Assembly: GCA_015233675.1 (NCBI GenBank)
Contig: JADFXH010000001.1
Location: forward strand, 12,563-76,562
Length of the DNA: 64,000 nucleotides
Origin: Candidatus Omnitrophota bacterium
GTDB lineage: Bacteria > Omnitrophota > Gorgyraeia > Zapsychrales > Fredricksoniimonadaceae
Direction: 5' to 3'
The notes under the pieces are model-generated. The model worked only from the letters and a program-made list of their open reading frames with translations, was not told the DNA's origin and searched no databases. A program made the position numbers and the translations under genes. Shown here in pieces: positions 36,915 to 47,318 of the stretch (its first letter is position 1; the number at the start of each line of letters is the position of its first letter).

Positions 36915-39303
36915 TTTTTAATCCTCCCCCCCCCTCCCCCCGCGAAACAGGAATGGTTATCAAAATTGATGTGCCCTTCTTCATCACAGATTCTATGATA
37001 AACGTACCCCCCAAAGCTTCGATACGTTCCCGCATTCCCTGGATCCCCAATTTAAACACTTTCGAATTTTTTAAAACATGATTAACGTCAAATCCACAGC
37101 CATCGTCACAAATAGTGTATTTTAATTGGGTACGCCAATAGTGTAAACTGACATCGACTTTCCTGGCTTTAGCGTGCTTAACGATATTTGTAAAAGCCTC
37201 TTGCGTAACGCGATAAACAGCTGTCGCAATTTCGTCGCCAAGAATGTTGTCCCTGTTCCCGATCTTAAAACTAATATCCAGGCCGCTCTCCTCTGCCCTT
37301 TTAGAGAATTTTTCTTTTAGAACTCCAGCTAAACCGATAACATCTAAATTCGGCGGACGAAGTTCTTCTACGATCTTCCTGAATATGGCAATCTCTTTTT
37401 TCAGGATAATTTTTGTCTTACGGATATTCTTGACGACATTTTTATAATTCTTTTTTTCCAGGTCAGATTGAATAACACTTAAATCTGCGTTAAGCGCAAC
37501 AGCCATGGTCCCGAGCTCATCATGCAAATTGGCAGATAACTTTTTCTTTTCTTCTTCACGAACAGCCAATATCCTCTGTAGAAACATTTTTGATCTTTCA
37601 CCTGCTTCCCGCAGCATTTCCTCAGCCTGCTTTCGCATCAACGCCAAACCGATGTTCATCCCAATTTCTTCAAAACATTGGATCATCTTAAACGTAAAAC
37701 AATTCTTTCTTCGGGCATTGAGTTGCAGAAGGCCGACGATTTCCCCATTAGCCCGAATGGGAATCAACGCTATGGACAAAAAATCTTCATCAATACAACA
37801 CCTGCGAGGATACCATCTTTACTCCCGGTCCGCAGGGACCTCCAGTAACGATAATGAATTGTTTGCCCAAAAACTCCCGTTTTTGGTAAAAGAAGGTCCT
37901 TTCAAGTCAGCTTTCCCGGAAATGACCAGACCGCACATGCATTCCAAACAGATGTTGCCTTGTTTATCCCTGCAAACTTTCCCCTCCAAATCGCGAGAGG
38001 TCAATGTATTCTCTGTACTCAAAAAATCATTTAAAAAACCATTTTGGGCATAATAAGGATAATCTTCCCCGTTGCGCAGACGGACCGCCACGGCATCTAC
38101 ATTCATTTCCTTTTTGATGACAGCAAGAATCCTCTTGATCGCATGAGCCAAGACTGAGCAGCTATTAAGAATTTCCAAAATTTCGGCCGTGAGCTTTTGG
38201 CGAAGTTCTTCCTGCTTGAATTCAGTGATGTCTTCAAAAAATACGGCAAACCGTCTTTTTTCTGGACTAAAAGCAATGACTTTAAAATATTTGCCAATAT
38301 CTTTCGAGTAATTTTCAAAATTCTCACGGGTTCCAGTTAATGCCACTTTCCCGTATCGCTTGATCCAGTAAGATTCAATATTAGGCAAGACTTCTTTGAC
38401 GGTCCTGTTTATGATATCCGCAGCTTTCATACCGGTCATATTCTCGAACGCAGGATTTATTTCAAGAAAACGATAATCAACGGGCTTACCTTTCCCGTCA
38501 CAAATGATCTCATGAAGCGCGAAGCCTTCCTGCATACCTGCAAAAAGGGAATGATAACGACTCTCGCTCTCTTTGAGCCTGCTTTCAGTCTTCTTGCGCT
38601 GTGTAATGTCACGTACAATACCCCACATGCCAACAGGCTTGCCCTCCTCATCACAAATAAGAAATGTCCGGATCTCAATAGGAAAAATCTCGCCGTTTTT
38701 ACGGCAATATTCTTTTTCGTAGACTTCTGAATGCCCGCAACGCAGAACCTGTTCCTGAATAATCTTTGCCTCAAAAGCATGCCACTTTACGGGTGTCAGG
38801 TCTGAATAGGTCAATTTTTTTAACTGATCCATTTCATAGCCGAGCATACTGCGATAAGCCTCGTTACATTCTAGAATTTTTCCTTTCATGTCTACAACAG
38901 CAAAAGCATCCATGATGCTGTTATAAAACCGATGGTATTTTGCTTCCAGAAATTTTAAATCTTGTTCAATCTTTATTTTCTCTGTTATGTCCCTGGCAAC
39001 CGCATAAAGGATCGTATTTTCTTTGGCAGGCGTCGAGTGCCATTCAAGCCATTTATAAGACCCGTCCTTGCAACGGTAACGGTTTATAAAATTAACCGCG
39101 GCCTTACCTTTAGCCTGCTCATTGACTTCTTTTAAAGTCGACTCAACATCGTCAGGATGGATAAATTCTACAAAAGGCCTCTGAAGCAATTCTTCAAGCG
39201 TGTAGCCTAACATCTTTTCCCACGCCGGGTTCAATTCTTTAAAATACCCGTCCGTAGACGCGATACACATGAGGTCTGAAGAAAGTTTGAATAATTTATT
39301 CAT
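36889..39303 (-). pseudogene. PAS-PAS-PAS-GAF-HisKA_3-HATPase sensor kinase interrupted by one in-frame TAA (37819-37821)
   Basis: ORFs 37819..39303 and 36889..37779 are in the same frame. The 39 nt between them are open, and the GAF domain runs straight through the stop (…LLEVPADRE*RWYPRRCCIDEDFLSIALIPIRANGEIVGLLQL…). Confidence 0.6.
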
Positions 39304-39327
39304 ATATCGAAATCCTATACCAACGTG

Positions 39328-41151
39328 TTACTTTAAAGATTTTTCAAGATGGGTGATTAAATCTTTTGCTTGAGAGAGATCCGCGCGCATCTGGCCGGCA
39401 TCACGGCTGGCACCGGCGAAGCATACCAGATCGCTTTGTTCCAATATGGTTTTGAGCCGCGCAATATGGGCATCATCCAGTTTGGCTGTTTTTAATTGGC
39501 GTAAAATTTCATCTACACTCAAAGCCGCAGAAGGTTGATGCCATTTATTAGCCAGGTAATCACGCAAGACTTTTGACAATAGGGCATAAAAATCTTTGGA
39601 GCTGCCCTTGGAAATATACCCCTCTGCTTGACTCAAGGCTTGCCTAGCCTCTTTGACAGCCTTTAGCCTGCGGGCAAAGGCGGGATCATTTTCAAGGCGA
39701 TCTCGAAACCTTTTCCATAAGAAATAAAAAATGCCTGCCGCAATAATAAATTCCAAACTGACCCAAAACCAAATTGACGCAAAAAGTTTCTTTAATAATT
39801 GGCGGGCCTTAATAAGTATTTTCCCTAAAGAAATTTGATTTACGGGTGGTGCTGAGATTTCTTTGCCAACATCAGAAAATCCAACCGCCTTAAATTGCTG
39901 ATCGGGACCGGGCGCCGCCACTTGAATAGCAAAAGGCCCTTGAGTGATTGTTTTATAGTCTTTTAGAGAAGTATCAAAATAAGAAAAACGCAAAGCAGGA
40001 ACTTCCTTGATATTCGCTGAGGTAGGAATAATCACTTCCTCCGCTGTTTTCTCATCTATCCCCTCCTTGATCTGAGGGGCATAAGTTTTAAAACCTAAAT
40101 CCTGGAAAACAGGCATTTGTGTTCCTTTAAAATTACCGCTGCCTTTTAAATCCATCTTCAGGGTTATAGGATCACCTGCTTTGACTTGTGCCGGAGAGAT
40201 GCTCGCTTTAAAATCAAATTGGCCGATAGCTCCGGAAAAATCTTGCGGGCGATTAACTTCCGGCAGTGAGGAGACATGTAATTGAACAGGCTCAGAGCTC
40301 ACTGTCACCGGGCGGGTGGCATAAGCATTAAAAAAATTATTAAAAACATCCGTCCCGAAAAAATTGTTGTCCTGATTAAAAGGACTGTTCTGGCCGGTTT
40401 TATAAAGAACATTACCTTGAATTTGTACCGGACCAAAAGTCAGGTCACCTAATCGAGCAGGATATATATTAGTCTTAAACACAACCACATCATATCTGCC
40501 CCCATTAATCACCTGGGAACTTTGCTCAGGTTTTTCAAAATCATCAACAAGGAACCCTGTTTTATTAAACAGCGGATATTGGATATCACGCATAGGAACG
40601 TCATTGACAAATAATTTTACCGTTAATGGAATACGTTCATTCAAAAATACCGCAGTATTGTCCACGGAAACCTTAACCAATATCTTGTCTTTAAGGCTCT
40701 GTGTGCTCGGGGCTTGATTTTGATCAGATGCTTCATTGGAAGATGGGGATGGCGATTGCGCTTGAGCAGAGTTTTCTATGACTTCAACATCTATAGGCTT
40801 GGTAGAGTATGTCTGCCCGATAATAGTAGCACTGATAGGCGGTATTTGAAAATGACCGGTCTTATTAGGGAATAAATTATAAACAAACGACCGTTCGCTA
40901 TGGTAATCGCCGTTAACAATAGACACGCTAGTTGACGGCCCCAGATATTTAGCAGTAAACCCGTCAAGCACAGGCAAACTCACAGGGTCCAAATTGCCAT
41001 TGACCCCGGTAACAGTCAAGGTCAACTGGAGGACTTGGTCTAAGGATACTCGAGAAGAATTAACGGTCGCCTCAAAAGTTACGGCATCAGCCCTTAAAAC
41101 ACCGCTTGTGGCCATCAAAATAAAAAAAGATAAAATTAATTTTTTCATCAT
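39328..41151 (-). CDS. batD: BatD-like protein (aerotolerance operon family)
   Basis: ORF 39328..41184. The likely start is MMKKLILSFF at 41151. Signal peptide, large beta-rich ectodomain, one C-terminal TM helix, and position after BatC. Confidence 0.7.
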   Translation of the reverse strand: MMKKLILSFFILMATSGVLRADAVTFEATVNSSRVSLDQVLQLTLTVTGVNGNLDPVSLPVLDGFTAKYLGPSTSVSIVNGDYHSERSFVYNLFPNKTGHFQIPPISATIIGQTYSTKPIDVEVIENSAQAQSPSPSSNEASDQNQAPSTQSLKDKILVKVSVDNTAVFLNERIPLTVKLFVNDVPMRDIQYPLFNKTGFLVDDFEKPEQSSQVINGGRYDVVVFKTNIYPARLGDLTFGPVQIQGNVLYKTGQNSPFNQDNNFFGTDVFNNFFNAYATRPVTVSSEPVQLHVSSLPEVNRPQDFSGAIGQFDFKASISPAQVKAGDPITLKMDLKGSGNFKGTQMPVFQDLGFKTYAPQIKEGIDEKTAEEVIIPTSANIKEVPALRFSYFDTSLKDYKTITQGPFAIQVAAPGPDQQFKAVGFSDVGKEISAPPVNQISLGKILIKARQLLKKLFASIWFWVSLEFIIAAGIFYFLWKRFRDRLENDPAFARRLKAVKEARQALSQAEGYISKGSSKDFYALLSKVLRDYLANKWHQPSAALSVDEILRQLKTAKLDDAHIARLKTILEQSDLVCFAGASRDAGQMRADLSQAKDLITHLEKSLK

Positions 41152-41155
41152 TGTT

Positions 41156-42028
41156 TTACCAATCCCTAAGCACCGGCCTATCATCTATTTTCTTAGGCAT
41201 ATAATTTAAAAGCTTCTTAGGCTCTTCATTCTCTTTATACTCTTCTAAAAGGTCTTGGGCTTCTTTGCGATCAAGTTCTTTCTGGCCTTCTTCTTTCTGG
41301 TCTCGTGGCTCCTGTTTTTTCTGACCCTGTTGTTGCTTTGCGTTCTGGTTCTTTTGATTGTTCTTTTGGTCCTGCCGCTGTTGTTTTTGGTTTTGACGTT
41401 GTTGTTTCTGCTGTTGTTGTTTCTTCTTCTTTAAACGCTCGATTTCCTTTTTAACAAAATCTTGATTAAATAACGCGTCTTGGTCTTTTGGATTATCCGC
41501 GATCGATTCTCTATAATGGCCTAAAGCCTCCTGCAATGACCTGATGGCTTCATCAACATTGGTATTTTCTTTTTTAATACCTGATTTGTAAAGAACATTA
41601 CCCAAATTATATTCCGCCTTCGGTCTTATCCCAATATTCTTATCCTGAGCAGCCTGCTCTAAATAACCCAAAGCCTTTGAATAATCTCCCTTCTTATACA
41701 AAGTGGTACCAAAATCATATTTAATGACCGATGACTTGTCATCCTGATCTAAAGCCTTTTGATAAAGTTTAAGCGAGTCATCGAATTTGCCTTGCTTGTA
41801 CAAATCATTGGCCTGATTAACCTCGCCAGCTACCGAAGCCCAAACAATTGAAGGGAACGCAATAACTATAGCTAAAAGGGAGTGGGAGAATATAGTTTTG
41901 ATAAGGCCAGCTACCCCACAGGCGCACAGGGGCTGCTTATAATTATAGCCCCGAAGCGCCGAGCTTGTGGGGATGGGGGGCTGGCCGTGAAAAACTATAT
42001 TCTTCCATTCCCTTTTACCGCTACACAT
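41156..42028 (-). CDS. batC: BatC-like TPR protein with a K/Q/E-rich tail
   Basis: TPR repeats (LYKQGKFDDSLKLYQKAL...) and a QQQKQQRQNQKQQ tract. The ATG overlaps the batB stop. The N-terminal 30 aa are encoded by a palindromic element. Confidence 0.7.
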   Translation of the reverse strand: MCSGKREWKNIVFHGQPPIPTSSALRGYNYKQPLCACGVAGLIKTIFSHSLLAIVIAFPSIVWASVAGEVNQANDLYKQGKFDDSLKLYQKALDQDDKSSVIKYDFGTTLYKKGDYSKALGYLEQAAQDKNIGIRPKAEYNLGNVLYKSGIKKENTNVDEAIRSLQEALGHYRESIADNPKDQDALFNQDFVKKEIERLKKKKQQQQKQQRQNQKQQRQDQKNNQKNQNAKQQQGQKKQEPRDQKEEGQKELDRKEAQDLLEEYKENEEPKKLLNYMPKKIDDRPVLRDW

Positions 42029-43028
42029 TTCTTTTCCTTGTCGAAATTAAGGTTTCGGCTAATAAGAATCCAAAGGCCAAAGTCAACGGCCACTGAAAAC
42101 GCTCATCATACAGCTTGGCCATTTTTTCCTCTGCATCATGTTTCTTTAATTTTGATAATTGCCGGTCATATAAATAATCCAAACCAAACTGCGCTCCGCC
42201 GCTTCGGACATAAGCGCCACCTGTTACATAAGCAATTTGCTGTAGTAAGTTTTCATTCAAATGGGATTTTACCACATTACCATCCGCATCTTTCAGGAAT
42301 TCAGTTTGCCACTCAGCATTGGTCACCTGGACCAAATCCCCTTCCCTGGTGCCAACCCCAACCGTAAATATACGCACTCCTTTTTCTTTTGCCTTACGTG
42401 CGGCATCAAAGGCATTGCCCTCTTCTTCTTCCCCGTCGGTCACTAAAATCACCGCCTTATCAGAATCTACCATGCCTTGATAGGCCTTTACACTTTCTTC
42501 AATGGCCTGGGATATATTTGTGCCTCCGCGCGGGATAGAATCAGTACTTAAATCATCAAGACTTAATAAGAAACCGTTGTAGTCGTAAGTTAAAGGACAC
42601 ATCACCATCGCATTCCCGGCAAAGGCGATCAAGCCTATATGGTCCGAACCGTTTAATTTCATAATCAAATCTTTGACAGCAAGTTTAGTCCTCTCAAGAC
42701 GCGAGGGCTTTACATCCTGAGTCAACATGCTTTTTGAGACGTCTATGGCCACCATGATATCCAGGCCATGGCGTTTGACAGGACGCATAGAAAATCCCCA
42801 TTGGGGACGGCATAAAGCAGCAACCATAAACAGGAAAGCCGCCATCAAAAACATGGCTTTTAACCTGTATACTTTCAAACTAAAAGCCTGTGCTATGCCA
42901 TCAATAAGATGCTCTTGAATAAAACGAGACATCATCTTACGGCGGTATTGATAGAATAAATGTAAACCTGCCGCTATCAAAGGCAGAAGCCACAACAGGT
43001 GCCAGGCTTGCGGGTTAGCGAAGATCAT
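42021..43028 (-). CDS. batB: VWA-domain membrane protein BatB-like
   Basis: 335 aa. N-terminal TM helices and a VWA MIDAS motif (DVSKSM). Confidence 0.78.
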   Translation of the reverse strand: MIFANPQAWHLLWLLPLIAAGLHLFYQYRRKMMSRFIQEHLIDGIAQAFSLKVYRLKAMFLMAAFLFMVAALCRPQWGFSMRPVKRHGLDIMVAIDVSKSMLTQDVKPSRLERTKLAVKDLIMKLNGSDHIGLIAFAGNAMVMCPLTYDYNGFLLSLDDLSTDSIPRGGTNISQAIEESVKAYQGMVDSDKAVILVTDGEEEEGNAFDAARKAKEKGVRIFTVGVGTREGDLVQVTNAEWQTEFLKDADGNVVKSHLNENLLQQIAYVTGGAYVRSGGAQFGLDYLYDRQLSKLKKHDAEEKMAKLYDERFQWPLTLAFGFLLAETLISTRKRNV

Positions 43029-44029
43029 GGGATTTTTAAAAATACACTATTGGTTAATATTATTTCCAATGCTAATAAAACAAGCGCCCCATCGACAAAA
43101 TACCAATACAACGGCTCATATTGCTTATAGCCTTTTTCATCAATTTTAGTTTTTTCAAGCTTGTCGATCTCGGCATAAATACGGCGCAAGGAATCTGTGT
43201 CCGCGGCACGAAAATATTCCGCCCCTGTCATCATCGCGATTTTTTTAAGAGTGTCTTCATCCAAATCGAACTGCGCTTGCTCATAATGACGGTTCCCGTA
43301 TTCGTCTGTTACCGGGAAAGGCACAATACCCGTGGTCCCGGCGCCTATCGTATAAATTTTTATGCCCAAAGCCTGGGCCATTTTGGCGGCATCCAGCGGC
43401 AGGATTTTACCGGAATTGTTGACCCCATCGGTCAAAAGCACAATAATCTTTGATTTGGCCTTGCTGTTTTTCAGCCGTAATAAAGACGTGGCAATGCCAG
43501 AACCTATGGCGGTTGCGTCCTCAATAAGGCCGATACGCACCTGCCGCAAATTTTCCAATAGCCAATCATGGTCCGTGGTCAACGGACAAACTGTATACGC
43601 CTGGGAGCCAAAAACGATCAACCCCATCCGGTCATTCTTACGCTGCCTGACAAAATTCTCTACCGTACTCTTGATAATATCCAAACGGCTTATCCTCTGG
43701 CCGTTGATCTGATAATCTTCGGCAGACATGCTCCCGGAAACATCCAGGGCCAAAACAATATCAATACCTTCGCTGGCCAGTTTAGATTGAGCTAAAAGTT
43801 TTCGTGGGCCCGAAAGGGCGATTAATAATAAAACTAATACCAAAAACCTTAAGACCCATGGCAAAAAACTCCATTGAGCACGCCACGTGATATCTAAATG
43901 GCGCATCAAAAATAACGAAGAAAATCTAAACGACGCCCCCTCACGGCGTCTGTGCTCATGCCAAAATAACGCCAGCAGCAAAGGGACCAAAAACAGCACT
44001 AAGGGTGTTTTAAACTCGGGTATCATCAA
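43025..44029 (-). CDS. batA: VWA-domain membrane protein BatA-like
   Basis: 334 aa. VWA MIDAS motif DVSGSM, with N- and C-terminal TM helices. Confidence 0.78.
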   Translation of the reverse strand: MMIPEFKTPLVLFLVPLLLALFWHEHRRREGASFRFSSLFLMRHLDITWRAQWSFLPWVLRFLVLVLLLIALSGPRKLLAQSKLASEGIDIVLALDVSGSMSAEDYQINGQRISRLDIIKSTVENFVRQRKNDRMGLIVFGSQAYTVCPLTTDHDWLLENLRQVRIGLIEDATAIGSGIATSLLRLKNSKAKSKIIVLLTDGVNNSGKILPLDAAKMAQALGIKIYTIGAGTTGIVPFPVTDEYGNRHYEQAQFDLDEDTLKKIAMMTGAEYFRAADTDSLRRIYAEIDKLEKTKIDEKGYKQYEPLYWYFVDGALVLLALEIILTNSVFLKIP

Positions 44030-44507
44030 CCAACCTTTTGGCTAAATCAAAATTCTTCAACGCCTCATTGACCGTCGGGGCGTATTTTGCAAACTTAACC
44101 ATATCACAGGAATTTAAAAACTCCTTTAAAGCGTTTTTCTGGGACTCATTTAAATGGCCGGAAACACCTAAATAATACAAAAATTCTTCCGTAGACATAT
44201 GCGGGGCGCGGATATTAAACCGATTTTCCATATAATAACGCGCTATATCGGCTACCCTTGTAAAAAATTCTTTAAAAAGCCCCTTATCCAATAAATTCTC
44301 CCGGCGCAAAGCTTCCAGTTGTTGGTATGCTTTTTCCCAAGCAGGCAATTCAGCCACCTGAGGCGTTAGCGGAACTTGGGGATATTTTTTATAACGTAGG
44401 ATAAAATAAATGACGGCAGCAACGACGATTAGAATCAACAAGAGCCAAAGCAGCCACCACAGATCAGGCAGATTAAGGGGTGGTTTTACATCTTTAATAT
44501 CATTCAT
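44010..44507 (-). CDS. DUF4381-like single-pass membrane protein of Bat/MoxR operons
   Basis: 165 aa: W/L-rich TM helix, then a helical domain. Position is conserved between DUF58 and BatA. Confidence 0.6.
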   Translation of the reverse strand: MNDIKDVKPPLNLPDLWWLLWLLLILIVVAAVIYFILRYKKYPQVPLTPQVAELPAWEKAYQQLEALRRENLLDKGLFKEFFTRVADIARYYMENRFNIRAPHMSTEEFLYYLGVSGHLNESQKNALKEFLNSCDMVKFAKYAPTVNEALKNFDLAKRLVDDTRV

Positions 44508-44513
44508 GATCGC

Positions 44514-45410
44514 TCACCTAGCCAGACGATGACGCCTTTGCGCAAAAAAGCTTACCAAGGCTTTGGTATAAGGCACATCCGTTGAAATATCAATATGATC
44601 AATGCCAATGGTATCAAATAAACGGCTGCGATCTTTTATCATGCCCATCGCATTCTTATGATAATCCCTGCGCAAACGTTCATTAGAAGTATCAACAATC
44701 ATCTTGGCGCCTGATTCTGCGTCCACCAGTTCAACCAAGGCACAATCCGGTAAATTAATTTCACGGGGATCCGTCAAAGTAATAGCAATTAAATCATGGT
44801 GCTGATTGGCAATACGTATGGATTTGCGTATAGACACGTAATCGGCATTGGGGGCTAAAAAATCAGAAATAATAAAAACCGTTGATCTGCGGCGAAGCAC
44901 TTTTGTAAGAAACTCCAGCACCTTGGGTAAATTAGTGGCTTTGCCCTTAGGCTTAAAATATAAGATCTCACGGATAACCCTTAGCACATGGATTTTGCCT
45001 TTTTTAGGCGGGATAAAAAGCTCCGGCTCATCGGTAAACATCAAAAGGCCAACCTTGTCATTATTACGGATAGCGGCAAATGCCAGGACCGCGGCAATTT
45101 CCGCGGCTAATTTATTTTTCATTTGATTAGTTGAGGCAAATTGCATTGATGCGGAGGCGTCGACTAAAATCATGACCGTAAGCTCGCGCTCTTCAACGTA
45201 TTTTTTAATATGGGGGAAACCGGTACGGGCAGTGACGTTCCAGTCAATGGCCCGAACATCATCTCCGGGCTGATACTCACGCACCTCATCGAATTCCATC
45301 CCCCTGCCCTTAAAAATGCTGTGATAAGCGCCGGCAAAAACATCCGTCACCAAGCGGTTGGTAGTGATATCAATGCGCAAGATTTTCTCAAGAATGTCTT
45401 TAGGGATCAT
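44514..45410 (-). CDS. DUF58 protein (MoxR-associated, VWA-like)
   Basis: 298 aa with REYQPGDDVRAIDWNVTAR. Confidence 0.82.
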   Translation of the reverse strand: MIPKDILEKILRIDITTNRLVTDVFAGAYHSIFKGRGMEFDEVREYQPGDDVRAIDWNVTARTGFPHIKKYVEERELTVMILVDASASMQFASTNQMKNKLAAEIAAVLAFAAIRNNDKVGLLMFTDEPELFIPPKKGKIHVLRVIREILYFKPKGKATNLPKVLEFLTKVLRRRSTVFIISDFLAPNADYVSIRKSIRIANQHHDLIAITLTDPREINLPDCALVELVDAESGAKMIVDTSNERLRRDYHKNAMGMIKDRSRLFDTIGIDHIDISTDVPYTKALVSFFAQRRHRLAR

Positions 45411-45471
45411 ACTATATTCCCTTTGCAGATGGCAGGCATTGTAAGTGATAAATTCTTGGAAACACCATTAG

Positions 45472-45646
45472 GAAGGATGGAGAGCTATTATGTATTCGGC
45501 ACATTCAGGAATTTTTTGCCAAAAGTCTGCAAGGTTTTACGACAATTTTGTTCCAAATGAAGAGAATCTTTAGAACAAAATTGTCGTAAACCGTAGCAGA
45601 CGGCAAAAATATTCCGTGCCGAATACATAATAGCTCTCCATCCTTC
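45472..45646. repeat. Family-1 long hairpin, copy D (inverted relative to copies A/B)
   Basis: Outer arms gaaggatggagagctattatgtattcggcac / gtgccgaatacataatagctctccatccttc pair 31/31. Lies between moxR and the DUF58 gene. Confidence 0.9.
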
Positions 45647-45687
45647 ATGCATGCCAGTGATCACAAAGACTAATTTTATCCATGGCT

Positions 45688-46683
45688 TTACGGCACTTCG
45701 ACTTCGTCTAATATGCGCTTGACAAGATCTTCCGGGGCCTTGCCCTCGGCTTCAGCTTCATAGCTGGGTAAAACACGGTGGCGCAGGACATCCATGCCGA
45801 TGCTTTTAACATCCTGCGGCGTAACGAATCCCCTCCCCTGTATAAACGCGTGCGCCCTGGCGGCTAACGCTAAGTTGATCGTGGCCCGCGGACTCGCCCC
45901 ATAAAGGATCAATCCTTTAAGGTCATTAAGTTTATACCGCTCAGGATTCCTGGTCGCTTCCACAATCCGCACAATGTAATCCTCTATCTTTTCATCCATA
46001 TAAATTTCATCCACCACCGAACGCAGGCGGATAATATCCTGCGGAGTTGCCACCGCCTGCACGGAAAATGACTGACGGGTTGTGGCCATGCGCTTGAGGA
46101 TTTTTAATTCTTCATCCATGGTCGGATAAGTAATCCTCACCTTGAGCATGAAGCGATCTACCTGAGCTTCGGGTAATGGATAAGTCCCTTCCTGCTCGAT
46201 CGGATTTTGGGTGGCTAAAACCAAAAATGGATCGTCCAATTTTAAAGTCTCTTCACCAATCGTCACCTGCCGCTCCTGCATGGCTTCAAGCAACGCGCTT
46301 TGCACCTTGGCAGGCGCCCGGTTAATTTCATCAGCAAGAATAATATTGGCAAAGATCGGGCCTTTTTTAACATTAAAAGTCCCGTTACGCTGGTCATAAA
46401 TAAGCGTACCCGTCAAATCCGCAGGGAGCATATCTGGAGTAAATTGCAGACGCTGAAATTTAGCCTGTATCGTCTGGGCCAAAGTCTTGACCGCAGTGGT
46501 CTTGGCCAAACCCGGCACTCCCTCGACCAAAATATGACCATTGGCTAATATGCCTATCAAAAGCCGGTCGATTAATACATTTTGACCGACAATCACCTTA
46601 GAGGTCTCAAAACGGATCGCGTCAATGACCCCCGATTCCTTTTTGACTTTCTCATTAATAACACCGACACCTGTGCTAGTCAT
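45688..46683 (-). CDS. moxR: MoxR-family AAA+ ATPase
   Basis: 331 aa with Walker A GVPGLAKT and Walker B ILADEINR. Confidence 0.9.
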   Translation of the reverse strand: MTSTGVGVINEKVKKESGVIDAIRFETSKVIVGQNVLIDRLLIGILANGHILVEGVPGLAKTTAVKTLAQTIQAKFQRLQFTPDMLPADLTGTLIYDQRNGTFNVKKGPIFANIILADEINRAPAKVQSALLEAMQERQVTIGEETLKLDDPFLVLATQNPIEQEGTYPLPEAQVDRFMLKVRITYPTMDEELKILKRMATTRQSFSVQAVATPQDIIRLRSVVDEIYMDEKIEDYIVRIVEATRNPERYKLNDLKGLILYGASPRATINLALAARAHAFIQGRGFVTPQDVKSIGMDVLRHRVLPSYEAEAEGKAPEDLVKRILDEVEVP

Positions 46684-46738
46684 CTAAGGCCTCCTTTGGG
46701 TATTTGTAAAATTTGGGAACGTAATGCAAGAGGGTTTC

Positions 46739-47272
46739 TTATAAACCGAGCAAAGAACGATGGCCGTCACGGGCTATCTTCCGTGCCAAAGTTTGCACTT
46801 TGTTCTTTAAACGGTCTTTATGGAGCTTCATTTTAGCCGACACTTTTTTATCAAAAGTCGCAATGATCTGGGCCGCTAAAATACCTGCATTCTTGGCACC
46901 ATTAACCGCAACGGTCGCTACCGGAACACCCTCAGGCATCTGTACAATGGATAACAATGAATCCAGACCTCCTATGGAATTGGATGATTTGACCGGCACA
47001 CCAATGACAGGAAGTGTCGTAACAGCGGCTATAACGCCCGGCAAATGAGCTGCCCCGCCGGCACCGGCTATAATGACTTTTAAACCGCGCGAAGCGGCCC
47101 TTGATGCGTAATCAAAGGTCATTTTGGGTGCCCGGTGCGCTGAAATCACCGTGACCTCATAAGGAATACCGAATTCATCCAATATATCCGCAGCAGCATT
47201 CATAAGGTTTAAGTCAGACTGGCTGCCCATGATAATACCGACTAATGGATTCTTCATTTTAAGGCTCTCCAT
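46739..47272 (-). CDS. purE: N5-carboxyaminoimidazole ribonucleotide mutase
   Basis: 177 aa with GSQSDL, SAHRAP and AGGAAHLPG. Confidence 0.9.
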   Translation of the reverse strand: MESLKMKNPLVGIIMGSQSDLNLMNAAADILDEFGIPYEVTVISAHRAPKMTFDYASRAASRGLKVIIAGAGGAAHLPGVIAAVTTLPVIGVPVKSSNSIGGLDSLLSIVQMPEGVPVATVAVNGAKNAGILAAQIIATFDKKVSAKMKLHKDRLKNKVQTLARKIARDGHRSLLGL

Positions 47273-47315
47273 AAACTCACCCTTCCCCCTCTTTATAATA
47301 AAGAGGAAGTATAAC
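47273..47315 (-). repeat. Intercistronic CCCCTC stem-loop + SD, copy 5
   Basis: Minus strand reads cuuccucuuuauuauaaagagggggaaGGGUGAGuuuAUG (purE). Confidence 0.7.
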
Positions 47316-47318
47316 TTT

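Noticed and set aside
37819-37821. Stop-codon reassignment (TAA as sense) to explain the interrupted kinase.
   Set aside because: Many well-defined genes in the window terminate at TAA at the expected protein length (for example batC, frr and the 8544..11540 gene), so code 11 applies.
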